DNA of 64,000 nt from Eubacteriales bacterium (GTDB lineage: Bacteria > Bacillota > Clostridia > Oscillospirales > CAG-382), in NCBI GenBank assembly GCA_045577455.1, contig JAZNIJ010000160.1, forward strand, positions 9,605-73,604, given 5' to 3'. Positions 7,641 through 14,543 of this stretch are shown here, in pieces; the stretch's first letter is position 1; every line of letters begins with the position of its first letter. A program made the translations under genes and the position numbers. The notes under the pieces were generated by a model. It was not told where the DNA came from. It did no database searches and saw only the letters and a list, made by a program, of their open reading frames with translations.

Positions 7641-9287
7641 TTAAATTTTCCTTTCGTTTTTGTTTATTGCATCTTGAATCCCTTGCATAACGTACAACGC
7701 ACAAGGAAGTGCAATCCCATTTCCGTACATCTTATACTCCGCGCTGTCTGTATGTAGCTTGTTGTACCAAGTAAGCATTTGTTTCTTGGTGTAGTCTTTA
7801 ACTTGTTTGCCGTTTATTTCTGCGTGAGTATTGCGAACATTCAGCCAAAACTCATATTCTTCGTCTGTGAAATCGTCCTTGTGGTCGATGTGTCCCCAAG
7901 TGTCGGGGAAGCCTTGCAACCTTGCACATTCCGTAGGTGTGAGTCTGCGGACGATGTAGTTGGGCTTTGTATGTAATACGCAGTTGAAATTCTCTTTGTC
8001 TGGCATACGTTGGCTTCCGCCCGCATTGTTTGCGGTGAGTGTTCCTGCGGTTTGAGAGCCATCCCAATAACACACCGCACTCGGTCCTTTAGCTACCAAC
8101 GTAGGGTTTGTCCCATCCTTATAGGTCTGCGGTTCATACTTTGCGTTCTGCCCTTGGTTGAAGAAAGCTCGGTCAACAGCGATGGGTTCTTCATAAGCAA
8201 CGCCATGCACTTCTGCCGTATTCAATGTATAGCTCTTATCTGTTTCGGCATATCCGTTTCCTTTGTGCGAAGGTCTTTGTCCGTTGCCTTCGAGTGCAAT
8301 GGTTTCCATCACCATCGGCACATTGCCACCGCCTGTTCCCATTCGACCTGTCAGGGCTTGTACTTTGCCTTCATCGTCAATCTTGACACGGCTATCGTTG
8401 GGGTGGTTTTCAATAGAATATGCAACACAAGGCGTGTGGTCTGCATCGGCTCGCATTGCTGTTAATGTTTTGGATTTATCTCCCGTAATTGTTTGGTTGT
8501 AGCCGTCGCCCAGAAATACATTTTCTGGTCGAAAACCTAACGGGAATCCATAGCACGTTCTATCATCTGCTCCAACGCTTCCTTCAACATCGGTGGAAGT
8601 TCCTTGCCCCTCTTTTCTGCTCTCCGAAGAATACCCTCGCAGGCTTTGGCGCTCAAATAATATTTCCCTGGCGCATTGACCTCTAAGATCGAGGACAAGA
8701 TATATCCTTCTTCTTCGTTGAGCCGTTCTGATGTATTGAGCATCAAGAACTCTGTAAGCAAGACTCCATCCGTCTCCGCAGTAGTGGTCTGCGTAAGCCC
8801 ATCCTTTCGTTGGAACTTCAGGCATAACGGCTGTCGGCTCTGTGATTTTGATAAGTTCTTCGAGGACGATTTTGAAATCCTCACCTTTGTTGGAGCTGAA
8901 TGCTCCTGGGACGTTTTCCCACACGGCAAACCTTGGATATTTGCCATTTGTTGCACCTCTCATTTCTTTAATTATTCTTACGGCTTCCATAAACAGACCG
9001 CTTCGGGTTGTTTCATCGTCGCCATTGGTTTCGTGTTTCAATCCCGCCTGTTTGCCTGCCACAGATAAATCTTGGCAAGGTGAACCAAACGTGATTATGT
9101 CAGCGGGTTCAATCTCTGCTCCGTTGATTTTTGCTATATCCCCCAAATGCTTCATATTAGGGAAACGTGATTTTGTAACGGCTATCGGATATGGCTCAAC
9201 CTCTGAAGCGGCTATGGGCGTAATGCCGCACAGAACACCTGCGAGTGGAAAACCACCGCTACCGTCAAATAGACTTAATAATTTCAA
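7641..9287 (-). CDS. DNA (cytosine-5)-methyltransferase
   Basis: LFDGSGG (motif I), GSPCQDLS (motif IV), WENVPG (motif VI), QRRRR (motif VIII), GNGIALP (motif X). Long variable target-recognition region. Confidence 0.9.
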   Translation of the reverse strand: MKLLSLFDGSGGFPLAGVLCGITPIAASEVEPYPIAVTKSRFPNMKHLGDIAKINGAEIEPADIITFGSPCQDLSVAGKQAGLKHETNGDDETTRSGLFMEAVRIIKEMRGATNGKYPRFAVWENVPGAFSSNKGEDFKIVLEELIKITEPTAVMPEVPTKGWAYADHYCGDGWSLAYRVLDAQYIRTAQRRRRIYLVLDLRGQCAREILFERQSLRGYSSESRKEGQGTSTDVEGSVGADDRTCYGFPLGFRPENVFLGDGYNQTITGDKSKTLTAMRADADHTPCVAYSIENHPNDSRVKIDDEGKVQALTGRMGTGGGNVPMVMETIALEGNGQRPSHKGNGYAETDKSYTLNTAEVHGVAYEEPIAVDRAFFNQGQNAKYEPQTYKDGTNPTLVAKGPSAVCYWDGSQTAGTLTANNAGGSQRMPDKENFNCVLHTKPNYIVRRLTPTECARLQGFPDTWGHIDHKDDFTDEEYEFWLNVRNTHAEINGKQVKDYTKKQMLTWYNKLHTDSAEYKMYGNGIALPCALYVMQGIQDAINKNERKI

Positions 9288-10093
9288 AATATCCTCCCCT
9301 CCATAAGTGCAATATCTTTATTACTCAGCCCGACCATTTCAAAGTCTATCGGGGCTTTGAGTTTCTTCACGCTCTTGCAGTAGTCACAGACACCACAGCC
9401 GGGAGCTTCAACTTTCCCGCTTTTGTATGCTATGAAAAGAGGCATATTTTTCTCTACTTCGGCAAGGCACTCTTGGTGTCGCCAATGGGGAATATGTATT
9501 ATTTCGAGGTTCGTTACATCCTCCTTTGTTGCTACCGCAAGATATGTTGGTAAACGCTCTTTTTTCTTCTTTCGGTTGGCTTTATATTCCACTTCAGAAT
9601 AAATAGCCGTTTGGAGATCGTACATCCAGTGTTCAACAAAAGATTTTCCCATAATACGTTCAAGGGAACGCATCACCTTGAGGTCTACAATCTTTTCACA
9701 CGGATGGTAGGCATCAATCTTGATTTTCCATGGTGCGCCAAACAGTTTTGCTGTTTTGATAACCTGCTTCTTGCCTGACATATACTCCATAAAAAGCTCA
9801 TCTTCTTCAATGCGTTGAATAATCGACTCCGCTTGAACAAAGTCGGCTTTTAATTCACCGTTCTTCTTGAATATTTCAGGATGTAAGGTAACAAAACTTT
9901 CAAGAGTTCCTTCAAAATATGCATCCACATAAGAGCCAACGAGCAAAGCCGTTGTCATGGGCTGTTTGTATTCGTCTCTTATCTCTGCCATAGCTCTTGC
10001 GGGACAATCGAGGAAAGTTTTGTACTGCGAAACGCTGAAATATTTCTTGCTCATTTCAGGCGAATAGTAATTACTCGCTGTTAACCTTGTCAT
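9284..10093 (-). CDS. PD-(D/E)XK exonuclease, Cas4-like cysteine cluster
   Basis: IDAYHP...IVDLKV nuclease core. One N-terminal Cys (DCP) plus C-terminal CGVCDYC, the 4-Cys pattern of Cas4/RecB-type phage exonucleases. Confidence 0.6.
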   Translation of the reverse strand: MTRLTASNYYSPEMSKKYFSVSQYKTFLDCPARAMAEIRDEYKQPMTTALLVGSYVDAYFEGTLESFVTLHPEIFKKNGELKADFVQAESIIQRIEEDELFMEYMSGKKQVIKTAKLFGAPWKIKIDAYHPCEKIVDLKVMRSLERIMGKSFVEHWMYDLQTAIYSEVEYKANRKKKKERLPTYLAVATKEDVTNLEIIHIPHWRHQECLAEVEKNMPLFIAYKSGKVEAPGCGVCDYCKSVKKLKAPIDFEMVGLSNKDIALMEGRIF

Positions 10094-10281
10094 TATTTTT
10101 TCTCCTCGTATTTTTTACCTAATGGGTGTTCAGGGTAAAATCCGTATCGTTCGTAGTGCCATTTTCTATATCCCTCAACGTTCTTTGGGTCCTTGTAATA
10201 ATCAATGATACGGTCATACATCCCTACGAAATACATGGCAAGATTTTCCGCTTGCCATTCTGTTATGATTCTTTCTTCCAT
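10093..10281 (-). CDS. hypothetical phage protein
   Basis: 62-aa ORF, translationally coupled to the downstream gene. Confidence 0.4.
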   Translation of the reverse strand: MEERIITEWQAENLAMYFVGMYDRIIDYYKDPKNVEGYRKWHYERYGFYPEHPLGKKYEEKK

Positions 10282-10309
10282 GGGGGTCTCCTTTGTTTGG
10301 TTAAGTCAA

Positions 10310-10337
10310 AGCGAACTTACGTATTGCGTAAGCTGAC
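10310..10337. promoter_or_regulatory. operator-like inverted repeat CTTACG-N5-CGTAAG (copy 1)
   Basis: agcgaaCTTACGtattgCGTAAGctga. Near-identical to the copy at 10568-10595. Overlaps the stop codon of the cro-like gene. Confidence 0.5.
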
Positions 10338-10550
10338 AGCAAAAAAAATTTCTCCAGCCTTTTTTGACGGCAGATTAAGACAAGATGCTATGTTATACAT
10401 AATCGATGTGGAAGGGGTAATCTTGCCATTCAAGATGCCGTTAACGGTTTTAACACTTATGTTAGCTTTTTGCGAAAGCTCGATTTGAGTTGATATACCT
10501 TCATCAATCATCGCTTTTTTTAGTGCCTTAGTATCAACGGAATATTTCAT
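10317..10550 (-). CDS. Cro-like XRE-family HTH protein
   Basis: 77 aa. STQIELSQKANISVKTVNGILNG helix-turn-helix. Divergent from the CI-like repressor. Confidence 0.7.
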   Translation of the reverse strand: MKYSVDTKALKKAMIDEGISTQIELSQKANISVKTVNGILNGKITPSTSIMYNIASCLNLPSKKAGEIFFAVSLRNT

Positions 10551-10567
10551 TTGTCAACCTCCTCTCT

Positions 10568-10595
10568 AAGCGTACTTACGTATTACGTAAGCTGA
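10568..10595. promoter_or_regulatory. operator-like inverted repeat CTTACG-N5-CGTAAG (copy 2)
   Basis: agcgtaCTTACGtattaCGTAAGctga, immediately downstream of the cro-side -10 box. A degenerate third copy, ACGTtttaTGTAAG, lies at about 10624-10640. Confidence 0.55.
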
Positions 10596-10623
10596 TTATA
10601 GCACGCTACCTCTTATTTGTCAA
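10595..10623 (-). promoter_or_regulatory. sigma-A promoter of the cro-like early operon
   Basis: On the minus strand: TTGACA (10623-10618), 17-nt spacer, TATAAT (10600-10595). Confidence 0.65.
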
Positions 10624-10664
10624 TACGTTTTATGTAAGTTTTTTTATTTTTTTTAAAAAAAATG

Positions 10665-10693
10665 TTGCATATTGAGAAAGTATATGCTATAAT
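10665..10693 (+). promoter_or_regulatory. sigma-A promoter of the CI-like repressor gene
   Basis: TTGCAT (10665-10670), 17-nt spacer ending in TGC, TATAAT (10688-10693). Confidence 0.6.
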
Positions 10694-10723
10694 AAACAAA
10701 AATGAAGTGAGAGGAAACAAATC

Positions 10724-11365
10724 GTGGGAATTTTGCAAGACCGAATAAAAGAATCTCGATTAAGTCGAAACATGACATTAAAAGAGATAGCTGAAAAGCT
10801 CAATGTAAAAGAAGCAACAATGCAAAGATATGAAAGTGGAGAAATAAAAAATATCAAACACGAAACGATAGTATCTCTCGCTGAGATACTTGGCGTAACC
10901 CCCGCATATTTAATGGGGTGGGAAGATGAAAAAGCACCAGAGCACGCTACTACTCTCCCATCCAACGTTCATCCAATTAAAATAAAACGTTTTCCTGTTC
11001 TCGGAGAGATAGCCTGCGGAACGCCAATATTCGCTTCTGAAGATCACGAAACGTATATAGACGCTTCTGCGGACATCAAAGCTGACTTCTGTCTTATAGC
11101 AAAGGGCGATAGTATGACAGGGGCAAGAATCAATAACGGTGACGTGGTTTTTATTCGTGAGCAACCAACCGTAGAAAACGGAGAGATTGCCGCTGTCATC
11201 ATAGGCGAAGAAGCTACATTAAAGCGTTGGTACTTCTACCCAGAAAAAAAGAAACTCATCCTCAGCCCCGAAAACCCATCGTTTGAACCTCTCGTATATA
11301 TTGGCGAAGAACTCAACGAAGTTCGATGTCTCGGCAAAGCAGTTTCATTTATGAGTAAATTGTAA
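10724..11365 (+). CDS. CI/LexA-like repressor (XRE HTH + S24 peptidase)
   Basis: GTG start after GAGAGGA. N-terminal HTH (MTLKEIAEKLNVKEATMQRYESG). C-terminal AKGDSM...LKRW Ser/Lys autoprotease dyad. Confidence 0.85.
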   Translation: MGILQDRIKESRLSRNMTLKEIAEKLNVKEATMQRYESGEIKNIKHETIVSLAEILGVTPAYLMGWEDEKAPEHATTLPSNVHPIKIKRFPVLGEIACGTPIFASEDHETYIDASADIKADFCLIAKGDSMTGARINNGDVVFIREQPTVENGEIAAVIIGEEATLKRWYFYPEKKKLILSPENPSFEPLVYIGEELNEVRCLGKAVSFMSKL

Positions 11366-11632
11366 AAAATGGAAGCATAGGAACAAAATTATAAGTGAAA
11401 TTTCCATTTATAGCGAACAAACATTTGAAAGTATAAAACAAATAGAACGAGAGAGCGAAAAGAAAAAGCTGACTAAAAAAATTAAACTCGTGCTTTTTTT
11501 TGCACAAGTTGACAGTATTTTGGAAAAAAAGAACCTATCCTAATCGGATATGTTTTGAATTTTAAAGAAGCTCCAACGTTTCAATGTTTGAGAGTAGTGT
11601 AAGATTTTAGGTATAAAAAAGGGAAATTCAAA

Positions 11633-13180
11633 ATGAAAAAAGCAGTAATATACGCCCGATACTCCAGCCATAGTCAAAGAGAAGAATCCATAGAAGGACA
11701 ATTGAGAAAATGCTATGAGTTTGCAGAAAAAAACGAATTAACCGTTGTCGGAGAATATGTCGATAGAGCTATTTCGGGTAAAACCGATAACAGAGCCGAT
11801 TTTCAACGAATGATAAAGGACTCTGAAAAAGGTCTTTTTTCTGTTGTAATAATGTATACACTTGACCGTTTTGCAAGAAACAGATACGATTCTGCGATAT
11901 ATAAAGCAAAACTAAAAAAGAATGGTGTAAAAATCTTTTATACAGAACAATCGATAACAGATGAACCCGAAGGAATCATTCTTGAATCCCTTCTTGAAGG
12001 TATGGCGGAGTATTATTCAGAAAACCTTTCAAGAGGTGTAAAACGAGGTATGAAAGAAAACGCTTTAAAATGTATGATAACGGGTGGATATATGCCGTTG
12101 GGTTATCGAAAAACTGCCGACAAAAAATACGAAATAGACCCACGTACAGCACCTATCGTTAAGGAGATTTTTGAGCTTTATGTCAACGGAAAATCACAAA
12201 GGCAAATAGTAGATATCCTTAACGAAAAAGGATATCGAACGGCAATAGGGAAGCCCTTCAGAGTCGGAAGTATGACCTCAATTCTTACCAATAAAAAATA
12301 TATCGGTATATATGAATTTGACGATGTAGTTATCGAAAATGGCGTCCCTTCAATCGTAAGCAAAGAAACATTCTATAGGGTTCAGTCTATGCTCAAACAT
12401 AATAAGCGTTCTTCGGGAAGAATGAAAGGACCAATGCAATACTTGTTAACGGGGAAACTATTTTGTGGCAAATGCGGAAGCCAAATGGTGGGTGAAAGCG
12501 GAACGAGTAAAAACGGAACAATACACAACTATTACACTTGTGTTGACCGCAAAAGAAAGAAAACGTGTGATAAACGAAACGAAAGAAAAGAAATCCTCGA
12601 AAAAGCCGTTGTCACCACAACCATTGAAAATATTCTCAGACCCGAAACAATAGAATATATAGCAGAAAAAATAGTTGAAATAACAGAAAGAGAATTCAAC
12701 GATAAAAGCAGGGTGGAAGCATTAAACGCTCAATTAAAAGAAACTCAGTTATCAATCTCAAATTTATTAAAGCTTGTTGAAAAAGGAATCACAACAGACG
12801 ATATAAGCTCACGTTTGATGGAATTAAGTTCCGAAAAAAGCGACTTGCAAAAACAGATATATGTAGAAGAAATAAAAAAAACGTCAATAACAAAGGAAAG
12901 CATAATATATTGGCTCACAAACTTCATTAAAGACGGGTCAGTAGACGAAGAAGATTATCAACAAAGAATTATAGATACCCTCGTCAACAGAGTATATGTG
13001 TTTGATAACGATGACGGAAGCCGCAAACTTGTTATTACATATAATACAAGTGCTAAAAATTCTTCCACCATCACACTAAAAGATGCTGAATCCCTCTCTT
13101 CGTGTTCGGATGGTGCTGGTTTTGGTCCACCAAATAAAAAACAGCACTATGCGGGAGCATGGTGCTGTTTTTTGTTCTGA
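11633..13180 (+). CDS. large serine recombinase (integrase)
   Basis: AVIYARYSSHSQ catalytic-Ser resolvase domain, a recombinase domain, a CGKCG...YYTC zinc ribbon and a coiled-coil tail. The last ~13 codons run through a terminator hairpin. Confidence 0.9.
   Translation: MKKAVIYARYSSHSQREESIEGQLRKCYEFAEKNELTVVGEYVDRAISGKTDNRADFQRMIKDSEKGLFSVVIMYTLDRFARNRYDSAIYKAKLKKNGVKIFYTEQSITDEPEGIILESLLEGMAEYYSENLSRGVKRGMKENALKCMITGGYMPLGYRKTADKKYEIDPRTAPIVKEIFELYVNGKSQRQIVDILNEKGYRTAIGKPFRVGSMTSILTNKKYIGIYEFDDVVIENGVPSIVSKETFYRVQSMLKHNKRSSGRMKGPMQYLLTGKLFCGKCGSQMVGESGTSKNGTIHNYYTCVDRKRKKTCDKRNERKEILEKAVVTTTIENILRPETIEYIAEKIVEITEREFNDKSRVEALNAQLKETQLSISNLLKLVEKGITTDDISSRLMELSSEKSDLQKQIYVEEIKKTSITKESIIYWLTNFIKDGSVDEEDYQQRIIDTLVNRVYVFDNDDGSRKLVITYNTSAKNSSTITLKDAESLSSCSDGAGFGPPNKKQHYAGAWCCFLF
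13141..13174. terminator. intrinsic terminator (bidirectional) inside the 3' end of the recombinase ORF
   Basis: 12-bp stem ACAGCACTATGC/GCATGGTGCTGT with a GGGA tetraloop, then TTTTTT. An A-run on the left side makes it usable on both strands. Confidence 0.7.
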
Positions 13181-13186
13181 AGGTGA

Positions 13187-13274
13187 GGGGAGTCGAACGG
13201 GTTGGTAGTGAATGACAGTCCGGTGGACTGTCAGAGCCAACCCTGACCGAGCCCGCAGGCGAGACCGACTCCCC
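13187..13274. ncRNA. unclassified structured element, copy 1 (RNA or folded ssDNA; strand unresolved)
   Basis: Outer helix GGGGAGTCG/CGACTCCCC, helix GGGTTGG/CCAACCC, hairpin GACAGTC/GACTGTC. Covaries with copy 2. Confidence 0.5.
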
Positions 13275-13319
13275 ATTACTCGTCCTTTTCGCTTTCTCGA
13301 TATAGGGTGCTGTTCATAA

Positions 13320-13444
13320 GGGAGTCGAACGGGTGCGTGTAAGAAAAGTGCCCGGTGGACACTTTTCCCGCACCCTGACCGAGCAATTCGGGGTCCCCGC
13401 AAAACGGAGTTTTGTGGGGTGTGTTCAGGCGAGACCGACTCCCC
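13320..13444. ncRNA. unclassified structured element, copy 2
   Basis: Same skeleton as copy 1, with helix GGGTGCG/CGCACCC and hairpin AAAAGTG/CACTTTT. Carries an extra 11-bp hairpin at 13395-13419. Confidence 0.5.
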
Positions 13445-13463
13445 TCACTTCCACCAAAAAAGG

Positions 13464-13505
13464 TTGACAATTTGCCGTTTCAAAGGCAAGTTGTCAATTG
13501 TTTTA
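13464..13505. terminator. intrinsic terminator (bidirectional)
   Basis: TTGACAAtTTGCC / GGCAAgTTGTCAA stem, followed by TTGTTTTAT on the plus strand and by CCTTTTTTGG on the minus strand. Confidence 0.65.
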
Positions 13506-14136
13506 TATAAATTTTATAACAAAACAAAGGCGGTGTTGTAATTGAAAGAACCTTTTTTATTCCCTCGGAACGTTAATTCAAAAGAAATTCACGGAACAGA
13601 ATTACTGAAGCTTTCTGACAGCAATCATTATTGTTATTGAATTTATAATTTGTGTATTTATAATAATAAATATTTCGATTATTCATACATTAGCCCCTTT
13701 AGAATTATGTATTACCATAATATGCTTGCCCACTATATTTGACAAAGAGATATATAAAGCTGCATTATATGAGCATCAAATATGATTAAGGGGCTTGATA
13801 TATGAATTTTTGGAGAGTTTTTTATATAATAACATATTATTTTCCAAAAGTATTAGCCGGCAGCATAGAAAACCGATTTTTAAAAAACTTTTCAACAACA
13901 AAAAACACATTTTTTCAGTTAAATGGCGTTTATGGGAGTATAATTTTAATTTTTCCCCCCAATACACTTGACTTTCGGAAAGAAATTTTAAGCAGAAAAT
14001 GAGGTTTTCAAAAAACGGCATATGTAAATTATGAAACTTTTCCGAATGGTATTTATCATAAATAATGAGAAGAAATGCCCCATTATAAAACTTTAATAAT
14101 TCAAAGGTAACTTGACATAAATACAAAAAATTGGTA

Positions 14137-14165
14137 TTGACTTTAAATATAAAAGGTGATATAAT
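14137..14165 (+). promoter_or_regulatory. consensus sigma-A promoter of scfA
   Basis: TTGACT (14137-14142), 17-nt spacer ending in TGA, TATAAT (14160-14165). This is an extended -10. Confidence 0.75.
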
Positions 14166-14199
14166 AAAAATGCAAATAAAGGATACGGAGGAGATTTTT

Positions 14200-14370
14200 A
14201 TGAAGCATATCAAAACTTTAGCAACTCGCAATCTTTGCAAGAGTGCAAAAAACGGTGGCTGTGGCGAATGTCAGACATCTTGCCAATCCGCTTGTAAAAC
14301 AAGCTGCGGTATCGCAAACCAGAAATGCGAAAACGCAAAAGCTGTTAAAGCAGTTAAAGAATCCAAATAG
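14200..14370 (+). CDS. scfA: SCIFF (six-cysteines-in-forty-five) ranthipeptide precursor
   Basis: Start at the internal ATG 14200 after GGAGGAG. MKHIKTLATRNLCKSAKNGGCGECQTSCQSACKTSCGIANQKCEN matches the SCIFF consensus GGCGECQTSCQSACKTSC. Confidence 0.9.
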   Translation: MKHIKTLATRNLCKSAKNGGCGECQTSCQSACKTSCGIANQKCENAKAVKAVKESK

Positions 14371-14382
14371 TAAAGCAGAAAT

Positions 14383-14409
14383 ACCGCCACAAAACGGCGG
14401 TGTTTTTAC
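14383..14409 (+). terminator. hairpin/attenuator between scfA and scfB
   Basis: ACCGCC-acaaaac-GGCGGT followed by GTTTTTAC. This is a typical partial terminator after a precursor-peptide gene. Confidence 0.55.
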
Positions 14410-14543
14410 TAATAGTAAATTCTGTTTGGATAAATGCTTAAGTTTTGCTTTTAGTTTTGAATTTAAATGATATTGGCTTTGATAATTTAAAACAGAAAAC
14501 GAAAAAATTTTGAACGGTTTAAAACCGAATTGAATGAGGAAAA

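Noticed and set aside
7841-8956. Nested same-strand ORFs inside the cytosine-5 methyltransferase (7841..8080, 7852..8073, 8537..8956).
   Set aside because: They have no independent RBS or motifs. This contrasts with the intein-nested ORF, which has clear endonuclease motifs. They are treated as chance open frames.
13187-13444. Assigning the tandem structured element to hammerhead, twister, pistol, HDV-like, ZTP, yybP-ykoY or another known motif.
   Set aside because: There are partial look-alikes: CTGACCGAG against CUGAUGAG, and GGGGAGUCG against the yybP GGGGAGUAG. However, the core nucleotides and junction topology do not match any of them, so it is left unclassified.
13181-13462. tRNA or tmRNA gene on the minus strand. 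The cues were the GTTCGACTCC T-loop-like string, TCCACCA ends and the position next to an integrase.
   Set aside because: No cloverleaf can be drawn. The bases flanking the TTCGA string do not pair as a T-stem. There are no D or anticodon arms, and no tmRNA tag-ORF or pseudoknots. The TTCGAC string is simply one strand of the outer 9-bp helix.
13076-13470. Minus-strand ORFs 13076..13402 (108 aa) and 13276..13470 (64 aa).
   Set aside because: They run through terminator hairpins and the GC-rich helices of the structured element. They have no RBS, and their Arg/Pro/Gly-rich translations are typical of stem sequences.
13776-14240. 154-aa minus-strand ORF in the AT-rich gap upstream of scfA.
   Set aside because: The composition is Phe/Ile/Leu/Lys-biased, which is typical of AT-rich non-coding DNA. 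There is no RBS, and it overlaps the scfA promoter and start.
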